A stretch of DNA of 64,000 nt from Acidobacteriota bacterium (GTDB taxonomy: Bacteria > Acidobacteriota > Terriglobia > Bryobacterales > Bryobacteraceae): the NCBI GenBank assembly GCA_016213755.1, contig JACQZT010000200.1, positions 2,710-66,709 of the forward strand. Direction: 5' to 3'. This document shows, one piece after another, positions 17,195-26,970 of this stretch; position 1 is the stretch's first letter, and each line of letters starts with the position of its first letter. The position numbers and the translations under genes are program-made. The notes below the pieces were generated by a model that was not told the DNA's origin, searched no databases, and saw only the letters and a list, made by a program, of their open reading frames with translations.

Positions 17195-19681
17195 CTACTC
17201 CTCCTTCAAACCCAGCTCGGCGCGCAGGCGCGCGACATCGTAATACGGCTCGCCCGCCCGGCGCCGGACCTCTTCTATGTTCTCGGCATTGCGCAGGATG
17301 GCGGTGAGTTCGCGCCGGCCGCCGGCGGTTTTGGCGGCCTCACGGGGAGTTTTCCCGCCGAGCGCGGGGAGGGCCGTATCGGGCCATGCGGCGTAGTGCC
17401 GCTCCAGAACCTCGGTCATCAGCTCGTGGCGCACCTCGGGCGGAATCTCATCCTGCCCGGACGTGTCCTTGGAAGACTTGTCCCGTGCCTGGCGCTTCAT
17501 TTCCTGCTGGGAAGTGATCTCGTCGCGCACGTGTTGCAGCGCGCCGCGGGCCAGGCCGGCCAGCAGGCTCTTGCCCCGCTCGAAGCGCTGTTTCGAATTG
17601 CATTCCAGGGTCAGTTCGCCGCCCTGGATACCAATTGTGCCGAGCACGGTGTTGCTCTCGCCGCCCGGCTTTCCTCTCAGCCAGGTGAAACGGGCGCCGT
17701 CCTCATCCTCGTGCATCTCGGCCGAGCCCTGCAGGGCGGCGATCAGCGGCAGTGGATCCAGCACCCGGTAGACGGCCTTGGAGAACTGAATTTCGTCGCC
17801 GTCGTTATTCTGAAGCCGTATTCCATCCAGCCACTCCCGGCTCAGCTTCTTCGGCTGGCGCCGGATGCGTGGCAGGTTGCGCTTGAGGTAATCCGGCCAG
17901 GAGAGACCGCTGGCCTGCCAGTCCAGGTCCATCCAATGGCGCATCGCTTCCAGTTGCTGGCGCGGAACGGACACGCCCACGCCGGAAAACTCGTGCCCGC
18001 GCTCGCCCTCCACCCGGCGCGCCAGGAGGCCGTCCCAGCGAACCACGCTCTTGGACATGCTCACGTCGTGGACGAAGCAGACTTCACCTGAGTGGAGGTC
18101 TTTGACCTCGACGCCGCTGCCCGGCTTTACCTGCTGCACTTCGTAGAGCGCGACGTGGCTGCGCGAGGAGGATTCGACAAACTCGCGCTCCCGCGCGGAG
18201 AGGCCGGCGCCGTTGCGGAGCAGGAATTCCCGCATCACGGTGCGGCCGAAACGCGGCACAGTCCAGTCGTGGATCATCCAGTCCACCAGCGGCATACCAT
18301 CCCTATCGCGCTCCTCGCCGCCGTAGTATTTCTCCACCGCCCGCCGGCTTTCGCGCACCGGGACCGCCTCGGCCAGGAAATCCCCGATCCGGCTGCGCAA
18401 AGCGTCGAACTCGCCGCGCACCTTTACCGGGGGGAGTTTTTCGTCTTTGCGCAGCACAGGCTCGGGCACTGGAGCGTCCTCCTCTTCGTCCTCTTCTTTC
18501 TCAGCCTCGCCCCACACCGCGTTGCCGGCGCAGACATCGTACACCGTGTAGGGGGAAGGCTCGGGCGCGGGCGGCGGAGCGCCCGCGTGGGGGACGAGCT
18601 TGTCGATCAGGTCCTTGCACGCCCAGCGAATCTTCCGGGATAGCACCTCGCGGTTCCGCTCCAACACGGCCCGCGCCTGTTGGAGACCGGCGCGGCCTCG
18701 GCTCAAGATCATCGAGGTCAGCAGTATCGGAAAGAAAAAGGCGCGAGCCTGTTCGTCCAGCGGACCGAGGTTCTCGGCCAGCCGCTCGAGCAACTCGCCC
18801 GCCGGGTCGATACGAGGATGAAGGAGCAGACCGTTGGTCACCGCCGTGCGCTCGACCGCGCCGAGTTGCGAGGCGATCTCGGCGATGACCCCGGCGGCAT
18901 CCTCCGGACTCTGGTCGAGAATCCGGTTGAAGGCCCAGCGCGCCGCGCCGGACAGGTCCGCGCTTTCGACACCGATGAACTCCAGCACGTGCGGGATCGC
19001 CGAGGCCGAGCCGATTTCGCCCAGCAGGGCCAGCGCGCTCCGCACCATGTCTTCGTCCTTGCGAGCCACGAAGTTCCGCGCCCAACCTCGCAGAATACCC
19101 ACCAGCAGCGGGACCAGGGACTCGCCTTCCGAGATCAGCGCGCCGACGAGTTTCCGATCCATCTTCGGAGCATCCTGCAACTGCTGAATCAGGCGATAGG
19201 GCCGGAGACGGGTGGTGACGTCCGCCGGTTCAAGTTCGCGCGCCCGATAGGAGAGTCCGGCGATGAACTGGAATTGCTTCGCCTTGTCGAGTTTCGCCAG
19301 GTCTTCGGTTTCCGGACCCTGGAAAGGCATCGGCTCCGGCCCCAGATCTTTCATGGACTCTTCGTCGAGCAGGAGCTTGCGAACCGCCAGTTCGGCCAAA
19401 CCCATGGAGAGCGCCGTCTGCCCGGAAACCTGTCTCGACAGAGTCATGTACGCCGCCCAATCGGTGGGCGCGGAGCGGATGGAACGCCAGGCCAGATCCT
19501 CGGCTCCGACTGCATCGCCCGCCTCGTACCGAAACATGCTCAGTTCGCGCAAGGCGATGTGGTCGTCGGGGACCAGTTCCAGCATTTGCCGGAAGGCCCG
19601 TTCGCGAGCCTCCCCTTCCGGAGCCAGGCCTTCCAGCAGTCCGTGCAGCACATTGTGAGTCTCCTGGGAGAGGAATAGCAT
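17195..19681 (-). CDS. Large (828 aa) cytoplasmic hypothetical protein: HEAT/TPR-like N-terminal half and a C-terminal helical tail resembling DUF2384/Xre-MbcA-ParS-type domains
   Basis: ATG start 8 nt after the stop of 19690..20760. Armadillo/HEAT-like segment LVPLLVGILRGW...ALALLGEIGSASAIPHVLEFIG. Acidic linker EAEKEEDEEEDAP. C-terminus ...ALPALGGKTPREAAKTAGGRRELTAILRNAENIE. No catalytic motif recognised. Confidence 0.7.
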   Translation of the reverse strand: MLFLSQETHNVLHGLLEGLAPEGEARERAFRQMLELVPDDHIALRELSMFRYEAGDAVGAEDLAWRSIRSAPTDWAAYMTLSRQVSGQTALSMGLAELAVRKLLLDEESMKDLGPEPMPFQGPETEDLAKLDKAKQFQFIAGLSYRARELEPADVTTRLRPYRLIQQLQDAPKMDRKLVGALISEGESLVPLLVGILRGWARNFVARKDEDMVRSALALLGEIGSASAIPHVLEFIGVESADLSGAARWAFNRILDQSPEDAAGVIAEIASQLGAVERTAVTNGLLLHPRIDPAGELLERLAENLGPLDEQARAFFFPILLTSMILSRGRAGLQQARAVLERNREVLSRKIRWACKDLIDKLVPHAGAPPPAPEPSPYTVYDVCAGNAVWGEAEKEEDEEEDAPVPEPVLRKDEKLPPVKVRGEFDALRSRIGDFLAEAVPVRESRRAVEKYYGGEERDRDGMPLVDWMIHDWTVPRFGRTVMREFLLRNGAGLSAREREFVESSSRSHVALYEVQQVKPGSGVEVKDLHSGEVCFVHDVSMSKSVVRWDGLLARRVEGERGHEFSGVGVSVPRQQLEAMRHWMDLDWQASGLSWPDYLKRNLPRIRRQPKKLSREWLDGIRLQNNDGDEIQFSKAVYRVLDPLPLIAALQGSAEMHEDEDGARFTWLRGKPGGESNTVLGTIGIQGGELTLECNSKQRFERGKSLLAGLARGALQHVRDEITSQQEMKRQARDKSSKDTSGQDEIPPEVRHELMTEVLERHYAAWPDTALPALGGKTPREAAKTAGGRRELTAILRNAENIEEVRRRAGEPYYDVARLRAELGLKEE

Positions 19682-19689
19682 GGGCCGGC

Positions 19690-20760
19690 CTATGACAGGT
19701 ACTCCTTGGCGTTCGCCGGCATGGACAACAGCACTTTCCGGTCCGCCACGGCGGCCTTCAGCAACTCCAGTTCGTTGGCCGCCTCAGCCAGCGGCAGAGC
19801 GACCTGGCCGCCTTGCGCCGCCGAACGGCCCAGGGCCATGGTGATCTCGAAGCCCTTGTAAGCGCTTCCGAAATTGCACGGATGCACCCGGCTGTCGTCG
19901 TCCAGCCACTGGGCCATGTCCTGGATGTAGGGCGGCATGTCCAGATCGTAGTTCATGCAACCCTCGCCGGAGAGGAACCCTTGTTTGGTTACCGCGCGCC
20001 AGCCGCCGCCGGTCAGCACCTCGGCAAAGCCGTCGCTGCCCTGCGCGCCGATGCGGCACTTGCGCCACCAGTAGTCGACTTCCGGCACGTCCGGCGCGCC
20101 GGCGCCGCATTCCACGATGCCGCGCACGCCGTTGGCGAATTGGATGAAGCCGGCGATGTAATCGGGCGAGGGATGCGCGTCGGCGAACTTGCCGCGGCCC
20201 GCCGCCTGCGCCATCACCCACTCCGCCTCGGCTTCCCCGTTGTACCAGCGCATGTAGTCCACCAGGTGCGAAAGCATGTGCATGGCCCAGCCGGTGGCCG
20301 TGCCATAGACCGTGTGGATGCGGCCCAGCGCGCCGCTGGCCACCACCTCTTTCACCTTCCGGTAGTGCACGCCGTAGCGATGCTGATGGCTCACCACGAC
20401 CTTGACGCCGGCGGCCTCGATCATCCGGCGCAGTTCGAACCCCTCGAGGCTGGTGATGGCGACGGGCTTTTCCATGGCGATCAGCCGGGCGCCGCTGCGG
20501 ATGCCGATCTCCAGCATCGAGGCGCGCACGGTGGGCATGGTGCAAAAGCAGAAAACGTCGGGGCGGACCGACGCCGCCACCTGCGCGGCGTCGGTCCCCT
20601 GGACGGTCACACCCAGCTTGGCCGCGGCCGCGCCGAGGCGCGCGGCAACGATGTCGCAGATGCCGGCCAGTTCGAAGCGGGGGTTGGCCTGGAAGGTGGC
20701 GGCATGGTGCATGCCCCGCTTGCCCATGCCCACGACGACAACTTTGTACTGGCGATCCAT
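19690..20760 (-). CDS. Gfo/Idh/MocA-family NAD(P)-dependent oxidoreductase (WbpB-like context)
   Basis: YKVVVVGMGKRGMHHA (Rossmann) and LIAMEKPVA (EKP motif). It lies 4 nt downstream of the DegT gene. Confidence 0.85.
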   Translation of the reverse strand: MDRQYKVVVVGMGKRGMHHAATFQANPRFELAGICDIVAARLGAAAAKLGVTVQGTDAAQVAASVRPDVFCFCTMPTVRASMLEIGIRSGARLIAMEKPVAITSLEGFELRRMIEAAGVKVVVSHQHRYGVHYRKVKEVVASGALGRIHTVYGTATGWAMHMLSHLVDYMRWYNGEAEAEWVMAQAAGRGKFADAHPSPDYIAGFIQFANGVRGIVECGAGAPDVPEVDYWWRKCRIGAQGSDGFAEVLTGGGWRAVTKQGFLSGEGCMNYDLDMPPYIQDMAQWLDDDSRVHPCNFGSAYKGFEITMALGRSAAQGGQVALPLAEAANELELLKAAVADRKVLLSMPANAKEYLS

Positions 20761-20764
20761 GGCG

Positions 20765-21889
20765 CTAGCTCACCTGCCGGTCCCAGGCCAGCACCTTCTC
20801 GATGGTGTAATCCACCTCCTGCTCGGTCAGCTCGGGGAACATGGGCAGGGAGATGCAGCAGCCGGCGTTGCGCTCGGAGTTGGGGATCGGACCTACGATG
20901 CGGGCGCCCTTGCCCCACGGGTAGCCTTCCTGCTGGTGGATGGCGATGTTGTAGTGGCACTTGGCGTCGACTCCGTGGTCGTTGAGGAAGCCCAGCAACT
21001 GGTCCCGCCACTCGGGCTTGCGGGTCTCGATGACATAGAGGTGGAAGACGTGATAGTAGCCCGGAGTTTCATAAGGGAGCGTGAAGTTTTTGGCGTCTTT
21101 CAGGCCGGCGGTCAGCCGCGCCGCCCACTTGCGCCGCATGGCGTTCATCTCGTCGATGTGCTTCAGCTTGGCGCTCAGCACGGCCGCGTGCAGGTCGTCC
21201 AGGCGGCTGTTGAAGCCGTAGCTGTGGCAAGAGCGCTTGTCCGAGCCGTGGTTGCGCAGTTTCCGAACCACGCGGTCGATCTCGGCGTTGTTGGTGACCA
21301 CCGCGCCGCCGTCGCCGAAGGTGCCCAGGTTCTTCTGGATGATGAAGCTGGTGCAGGCCGCGTCGCTCAGCTCGCCGATCCTGAATCCGTCGCCACGGGC
21401 GCCGATGGCCTGCGCATTGTCCTCGACCACGAACAGCTTGTGCTTGGCGGCGATTTCGCGAATGGCTTTCATATCCGCGCACTGCCCGTACAGGTGCACC
21501 GGCACGAGGGCCTTGGTCCGGGGCGTGATGGCGGCCTCGATCTTGGCGGGATCGATGCAGTTGGTCCGGGCGTCGGAGTCGACGAAGACGGCCGTCGCGC
21601 CGGCGATCCAAATGGCCTCCGCCGTGGCGAAGAAGGTGTTGGTGGTGGTGATGCACTCGTCGCCCGGGCCGATGCCCAGAGCCATGAATACCAGCCACAG
21701 GGCGTCGGTGCCGTTGCCCACGCCGATGGCGTGCTTGGTTCCGCTGTATGCGGCAAACTCCTTCTCGAAGCGCTTCAACATGGGGCCCATGACGTACTGG
21801 CCGCTCTCCAAAACCTCCTTCATGTTGGCGTCGATTTCCGCCTGGATATTACGGTACTGGCGGACATGACCGTAGAATGGCACTTGCAT
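20765..21889 (-). CDS. DegT/DnrJ/EryC1/StrS-family PLP-dependent sugar aminotransferase
   Basis: AAAGGAG RBS. GVGNGTDALWLVFMALGIGPGDE, VPVHLYGQCADM, FVVEDNAQAIGA and SFIIQKNLGTFGDGGAVVTN (PLP lysine region). Confidence 0.9.
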   Translation of the reverse strand: MQVPFYGHVRQYRNIQAEIDANMKEVLESGQYVMGPMLKRFEKEFAAYSGTKHAIGVGNGTDALWLVFMALGIGPGDECITTTNTFFATAEAIWIAGATAVFVDSDARTNCIDPAKIEAAITPRTKALVPVHLYGQCADMKAIREIAAKHKLFVVEDNAQAIGARGDGFRIGELSDAACTSFIIQKNLGTFGDGGAVVTNNAEIDRVVRKLRNHGSDKRSCHSYGFNSRLDDLHAAVLSAKLKHIDEMNAMRRKWAARLTAGLKDAKNFTLPYETPGYYHVFHLYVIETRKPEWRDQLLGFLNDHGVDAKCHYNIAIHQQEGYPWGKGARIVGPIPNSERNAGCCISLPMFPELTEQEVDYTIEKVLAWDRQVS

Positions 21890-21937
21890 TAAGTAGCTCC
21901 TTTCGTGTTACTTGAAGTTTAGCATCGCGGAGGGATC

Positions 21938-23029
21938 ATGCGGAACATTCTGGCTGGTCTTGCATTTGCCTCGCTTTCGGCGCTGGCTCAGACGGGCGAT
22001 TACAACTGGATCGCGCCGCCCGATACGCGGCTTGAAATCAACGGGTTGCCCTGGTACGGGGAGAACGGCGGCGAGCTATTCCGCCTTCCGCTGCGGCTCA
22101 AGGACAGCCTGCCCAAAGCGGTCTGGGACTTGGGCCAGTCGCCCAGCGGCGGCAGAATCCGCTTCCGCACCGACTCCGCCCGGCTCGCCATCCGCCTGGA
22201 GTACCCCTCCGCGCCCAACATGCGCAACATGCACGCCTTCGGGCAGACCGGCGTGGACCTGTACGTCGACGGCGTCTACCGCTCCACCGCCACGGCCGGC
22301 AATGACTCCAAGCCAGGCGTGTCCGCGGAGTTTGTTTACTTCGACCTCCCCGGCGGCCCGCGCACCGAACGAGAGGCGACGCTCTACCTGCCGCTGTACA
22401 AGCCCGTCAAGGTGCTGGCCGTCGGAGTCGACAAGCAGGCCCGCCTGAGCCGGGCGCGGCCCTTCGCGCTGGACAAGCCGGTGGTCTTCTACGGAACCTC
22501 CATAACGCAGGGAGGGTGCGCCAGCCGTCCGGGCATGAGCTATCAAGCCATCCTGGGCCGGATGTTGAACCTGGATTTCGTGAACCTGGGTTTCTCGGGC
22601 AACGGCAGAGGCGAGCCTGAAGTCGCGCGCATGGTGGCGGAGATCGACGCCGCCTGTTTCGTGCTGGATTTCGCGCAGAACAACAAGAGCGTGGAATCCC
22701 TCCGCGAGGTCTACGAGCCGTTCATGAAGACCCTGCGCGACAAGCACCCGAACACGCCCCTGCTGGCCATCACTCCCATCTCGAGCGCCGCCGAGCGCCT
22801 GGGACCGGCCGGGGAGCGCCTAGAGGCCATGCGGTCTCACATCCGCCTGGCGGTCGCCAAGCGCATAGCCGAGGGCGACTCGCGCCTGCAACTGGTCGAA
22901 GGCACCGACCTGCTCGGTCCGGACCGGCTGGACGGCCTGGTGGACGGCACCCACCCCAACGACCTGGGTTTCCAATGGATGGCCGAAGGCCTGGCCGCGC
23001 GGCTGGGGAAGGTGCTGGGGCTGCGCTGA
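21938..23029 (+). CDS. Secreted SGNH/GDSL-family hydrolase (carbohydrate esterase-like) with N-terminal beta-sandwich domain
   Basis: Signal peptide. VVFYGTSITQGGCASRPG (SGNH block I, GTS), GFSGNG (block II) and DGTHPNDLG (block V, DxxH). Confidence 0.8.
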   Translation: MRNILAGLAFASLSALAQTGDYNWIAPPDTRLEINGLPWYGENGGELFRLPLRLKDSLPKAVWDLGQSPSGGRIRFRTDSARLAIRLEYPSAPNMRNMHAFGQTGVDLYVDGVYRSTATAGNDSKPGVSAEFVYFDLPGGPRTEREATLYLPLYKPVKVLAVGVDKQARLSRARPFALDKPVVFYGTSITQGGCASRPGMSYQAILGRMLNLDFVNLGFSGNGRGEPEVARMVAEIDAACFVLDFAQNNKSVESLREVYEPFMKTLRDKHPNTPLLAITPISSAAERLGPAGERLEAMRSHIRLAVAKRIAEGDSRLQLVEGTDLLGPDRLDGLVDGTHPNDLGFQWMAEGLAARLGKVLGLR

Positions 23030-23033
23030 CGCC

Positions 23034-25457
23034 TCATTCGTATCGCAAGGCCGCCATCGGCTCGATGCGCAGTGCGCGACGAGCGGGGACGCAGGCCGCC
23101 AGCAGCGTCACCACCACCAGGATCAGGGCCGCGCCCGCAAGACTCTCCGGATCGGCAGGCGACACACCGAACAGGTCCGCCTGGATCAGAGGTATCACGG
23201 CCAGCGCCAGCAAAGCGCCGATCACCAGTCCGGCGCCGGTGAGCGACATGGTTTGCCGCAGAATCATGCGGAACACGTCGGCGGGCCGCGCCCCCAGCGC
23301 CAGGCGGATGCCGATCTCCGCCGTGCGCCGCGCGACCGCGTAGGACGTCACCGCGTAAACGCCGGCGGCGGATATGAAAAGCGCCAGCAGACCGAAAACG
23401 CCGATCATGGTGGCGTTCATCCTCTCGTTCGCCAGAGTCTCGGCAATGTGCCGGTCCATGGTCAGCAGCGTCGGAAAAGGCAGGTTCGCATCCAGAGCCA
23501 GAACCTGGTCGCGCACGACGGCCATGGCCCCCGCGACGTCGCCGTTACTGCGCACCACCAGTTTCATTCCCGGCTGGTAGTTCTGGGCGAAGGGCAGATA
23601 CAGGAATGGCTGGGGCTTCTCGGCCAGAAAGCCGTACTTGCTGTCGCGCGCGATCCCGACCACTTCGATCAAAGGCCGCGGACCGAGTCGATACCGGAAG
23701 CGGAAGCGCTTCCCGATGGCCGCCTCACCCGGCCACAGGAGGCGGGCCATGGTCTCATTGACCACCGCGACCTTCGGCGCGCCTTCGCCGTCGGCGGGGC
23801 CGAAACCGCGTCCCTGCAACAAGGCGATCCCAAACGTCTCGAAATACTTCTCGCTGACCACGGTATTGCCCACCCGCCGGGGCGCATTCCCGGCGCCGCG
23901 TGCGCTTCCCTCGGCCTCGATCTCCGCATCCCAGACCCATCCCACCGGCAGGGTGTTGGCCAGCGCGGCGCTGCGCACCTGCGGCAGCGCCGCAGCCCGC
24001 GCGAGCAACTCGCCGTACAGCGCCTTCCCGCGCGCATCGGAATACCCCTGCACCCGGAAATCGAACTGCACGGAAAAGACGCTCCGGCGCTGGAAGCCCG
24101 GGTCCATGGATTGCAGATTCCGCAGCGTGCGCACAAACAGTCCGGCCACGACCATGACGACCAGCGACAGCGCGACCTGCGAGACCACCAGCATCTGCCG
24201 CAATCGGACCCGCGAATCGCCTCGCCCCGGCGCCCCGCCTTTGAGGCTGGAGATAACGTCTTCCCGCCGGCATTGCAGAGCCGGAGCGAACCCGAACAGA
24301 AGGCCGCTGAAAACTGAAATCGCCAGCGCGAAGCCGAAGACACGCGGATCGATCGTGTAGTCGACTTCGCTGTAGAAGCTCCGGAACAATTCCCCGCCCC
24401 CCAGCGCAACGGCGAGTCCCGCCACCCCACCCAGGAGCGCCAACAGAATGCTCTCGGTGAGCCACTGCCGGGCCAACCGGGCCCGGCCGGCGCCGATCGC
24501 CAGGCGAACCGCGATCTCCCGCCTGCGGGCCACCGCGCGAGCCAGCAACAGGTTCGCGACGTTGGCGCAGGCGATCAGCAAAACCAATCCCACCATCGCC
24601 ACCAGGACGCGCAACATGCCCACTAAGAAACCGCGCCACTCGGGAATCAGCCGGATCCCGGAAAGCACCAGCACGCGCGCGCGCTTCCCGTCGTCCGGCT
24701 CCTCGAACCGAGCTGCCAGCACGCTCAGCTCCCCCTGGGCCTGTTCCAGCGGGATTCCCGGTCGCAGCCGGCCCACCACGCTCAAGCTCGTGAACAGGCG
24801 GTCGCCCAGCGCGGGGAACTGCGGCCGCGCCTGTCTTTCCATGGCCAGAGGGATCCACAGGTCCAGCTTCGAACCAAGTTCCACACCGCGAAACCCGTCC
24901 GGCGAGACTCCGAGCACCGTGAAAGGGAATCCGTTCAGGGTAATGGTCCGGCCCGCCACGTCAGCTCGGGCGCCAAAGCGCCCTTTCCACAGCGCGTAGC
25001 TCAGTACGGCGACCGGGTGCGCGCCCGGAATGCGGTCGTCCTCGGGGCCGATCAGGCGGCCGAGCGCCGCCCGGATGCCCAAAACCTGAAAGTAGTTCCC
25101 CGTCACGATGCCAACCGGGACCTCCTCCGGACGACTTGCGGCGCTCAGATTCATTCCCGAATCGCAATACGCCATGAGTCCCGAGAAAGAGCGGGCGTGG
25201 TCCCTGTAGTCCAGGTAGCCGAGATGCGAAAAACCATCCGTGTCGCGTCCGCCGAACTGCCGGCGCAACTGCACCAGTGCGCCGGGATCCGACGCTCGGG
25301 GCACGGGGCGGAGCAGCCCTTCGTTGAGGATGCCGAAAACCGTCGTGTTCGCGCCAATCCCCAAAGCAAGCGTCAGGACGCCCACGGCTGTCACTCCCGG
25401 GTTGGCGCGCATGGAGCGCAAGCCGTAACAGACGTCCTGCAACACTCCTGCAAACAC
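23034..25457 (-). CDS. ADOP-type duplicated MacB/FtsX-like ABC permease (no adjacent ATPase)
   Basis: LQDVCYGLRSMRANPGVTAVGVLTLALGIGANT is the typical ADOP N-terminus, and there are two FtsX-like 4-TM halves. The ORF-track start (TTG at 25574) would leave 2 nt before the divergent gene. I prefer GTG at 25457, which is preceded by GGGAGAGGA. Confidence 0.8.
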   Translation of the reverse strand: MFAGVLQDVCYGLRSMRANPGVTAVGVLTLALGIGANTTVFGILNEGLLRPVPRASDPGALVQLRRQFGGRDTDGFSHLGYLDYRDHARSFSGLMAYCDSGMNLSAASRPEEVPVGIVTGNYFQVLGIRAALGRLIGPEDDRIPGAHPVAVLSYALWKGRFGARADVAGRTITLNGFPFTVLGVSPDGFRGVELGSKLDLWIPLAMERQARPQFPALGDRLFTSLSVVGRLRPGIPLEQAQGELSVLAARFEEPDDGKRARVLVLSGIRLIPEWRGFLVGMLRVLVAMVGLVLLIACANVANLLLARAVARRREIAVRLAIGAGRARLARQWLTESILLALLGGVAGLAVALGGGELFRSFYSEVDYTIDPRVFGFALAISVFSGLLFGFAPALQCRREDVISSLKGGAPGRGDSRVRLRQMLVVSQVALSLVVMVVAGLFVRTLRNLQSMDPGFQRRSVFSVQFDFRVQGYSDARGKALYGELLARAAALPQVRSAALANTLPVGWVWDAEIEAEGSARGAGNAPRRVGNTVVSEKYFETFGIALLQGRGFGPADGEGAPKVAVVNETMARLLWPGEAAIGKRFRFRYRLGPRPLIEVVGIARDSKYGFLAEKPQPFLYLPFAQNYQPGMKLVVRSNGDVAGAMAVVRDQVLALDANLPFPTLLTMDRHIAETLANERMNATMIGVFGLLALFISAAGVYAVTSYAVARRTAEIGIRLALGARPADVFRMILRQTMSLTGAGLVIGALLALAVIPLIQADLFGVSPADPESLAGAALILVVVTLLAACVPARRALRIEPMAALRYE

Positions 25458-25576
25458 GGTCCTCTCCCGAACAGGGCCAGTATACAACCGCTGTCGAGAC
25501 TCCCGAAGCCTTGACTTCCCCTTGATCCGGAGGGATTCTGTAGGCAGCAAGTTCAACCGGCAGGAGGGAACCAATC

Positions 25577-25951
25577 ATGGCATGCAGCGGGATCATTCGG
25601 TCCACGGGCCAGGTGGACATCATCGACCTCAAGGGGCGGGTCACGTTGGGCGACGGCTCGGGAGTCATTCGGGAGACGGTCAAGGGCCTGGTGGAAAAAG
25701 GCTCCCGAAGCATCCTGTTGAACCTGGCCGAGGTGACCTACATCGACAGCGCCGGCCTGGGCGACCTGGTAGGCAGCTACGCCACCGTCACCAGCGTCGG
25801 CGGCCACATGAAGCTCTTGCACGCGCAAAAACGCGTCCACGACGTGCTGCAAATCACCAAGCTGTACACGGTGTTTGAGGCCTTTACCGACGAGGCTGCG
25901 GCGGTCGCCAGTTTCCAGACCCCGGCCGCGCGCGCCGCCGCCGAGGGATGA
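25577..25951 (+). CDS. STAS-domain anti-sigma-factor antagonist (SpoIIAA/RsbV-like)
   Basis: IIDLKGRVTLGDGS...LLNLAEVTYIDSAGLGDLVG...HMKLLHAQKRVHDVLQITKL. The phosphorylatable Ser of the DSAG motif falls at residue 58. Confidence 0.85.
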   Translation: MACSGIIRSTGQVDIIDLKGRVTLGDGSGVIRETVKGLVEKGSRSILLNLAEVTYIDSAGLGDLVGSYATVTSVGGHMKLLHAQKRVHDVLQITKLYTVFEAFTDEAAAVASFQTPAARAAAEG

Positions 25952-26970
25952 GGATCGCCCTCGACGCAACCCCGCTGTCGGTGGCTACCGGCGGCATCCC
26001 GCGCTATCTCCGTGAACTCGCCGCCGCGCTGCGGGAGACCGGGCCGGGCGACGAGACGATCTTCCTCACCGATCGGGGACAACCCGCCACCTGGCTCACC
26101 CGCCGCTGGTGGTCGGCCGGGCTTCCCCTGGAGTTATTGCGCCGCCGGGTGGATCTTTTTCACGGCGTCGATTTCGCGGTCCCCTATCTGCCGGTGTGCC
26201 CGAGCGTGATGACGCTGCACGATCTTTCTCCCTGGATGGATTCAACCTGGCACATCGGCGCCCAGCGGGTCCGCGCGCGCACGCCGGCGCTTCTGCGCCT
26301 GGGTTTGGCGACCCTGGCGATCACACCCTGCGAGGCCGTGCGCCGCCAGGCCATCGACCGCTTTCTGCTGCCGGCGGGGCGCGTGGTGAGCGTGCCGCTG
26401 GCCGCGTCGCCGCTGTTCCGGCCCGCCGCCCCGCCTCGCCGGCCGCGGCCGTACTTCCTTTTCGTCGGTACGCTGGAGCCGCGCAAGAACCTGGCGACTA
26501 TCCTGGAAGCGTGGCGCGAAACACGCCGCCACTTCGACGCGGACCTGGTGCTGGCCGGCCGGTGCCGCGAAGACTTCACGCCGCCCGCGCCGGAGCCGGG
26601 ACTGGAGTGGACCGGCGCCGTGCCCGACGACGACCTGCCCGCCCTGTATGCGGGCGCCGCGGCGTTCCTGTATCCTTCCCATTACGAGGGCTTCGGCCTG
26701 CCGGTGCTGGAGGCCATGCAGTGCGGCGCTCCGGTGATCGTGTCCCGCGACGCGGCGCTGGGAGAAGTCGCTGGCGATGCCGCGCTGCGCCTGGAGGCCG
26801 GCGACCCGCGAGCTTGGGCCGAAGCCCTGCGCCTGGCGCTGGCGAACCCGGACTGGCGCCGGCGACAGAGCGAAAGATCGCTGCAAAGGGCCGCCCAGTT
26901 CAGTTGGCGGCGCACGGCGCGCCAGACGCGAGAGGTGTATGCGGAAGCCATCCGACGCTTCGGGAGCTGA
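25948..26970 (+). CDS. Glycosyltransferase family 4 (GT-B)
   Basis: Its ATG overlaps the STAS stop codon (ATGA). MRIALDATPL...GGIPRY. C-terminal PSHYEGFGLPVLEAMQCGAPVIVS (the E-x7-E region). Confidence 0.85.
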   Translation: MRIALDATPLSVATGGIPRYLRELAAALRETGPGDETIFLTDRGQPATWLTRRWWSAGLPLELLRRRVDLFHGVDFAVPYLPVCPSVMTLHDLSPWMDSTWHIGAQRVRARTPALLRLGLATLAITPCEAVRRQAIDRFLLPAGRVVSVPLAASPLFRPAAPPRRPRPYFLFVGTLEPRKNLATILEAWRETRRHFDADLVLAGRCREDFTPPAPEPGLEWTGAVPDDDLPALYAGAAAFLYPSHYEGFGLPVLEAMQCGAPVIVSRDAALGEVAGDAALRLEAGDPRAWAEALRLALANPDWRRRQSERSLQRAAQFSWRRTARQTREVYAEAIRRFGS

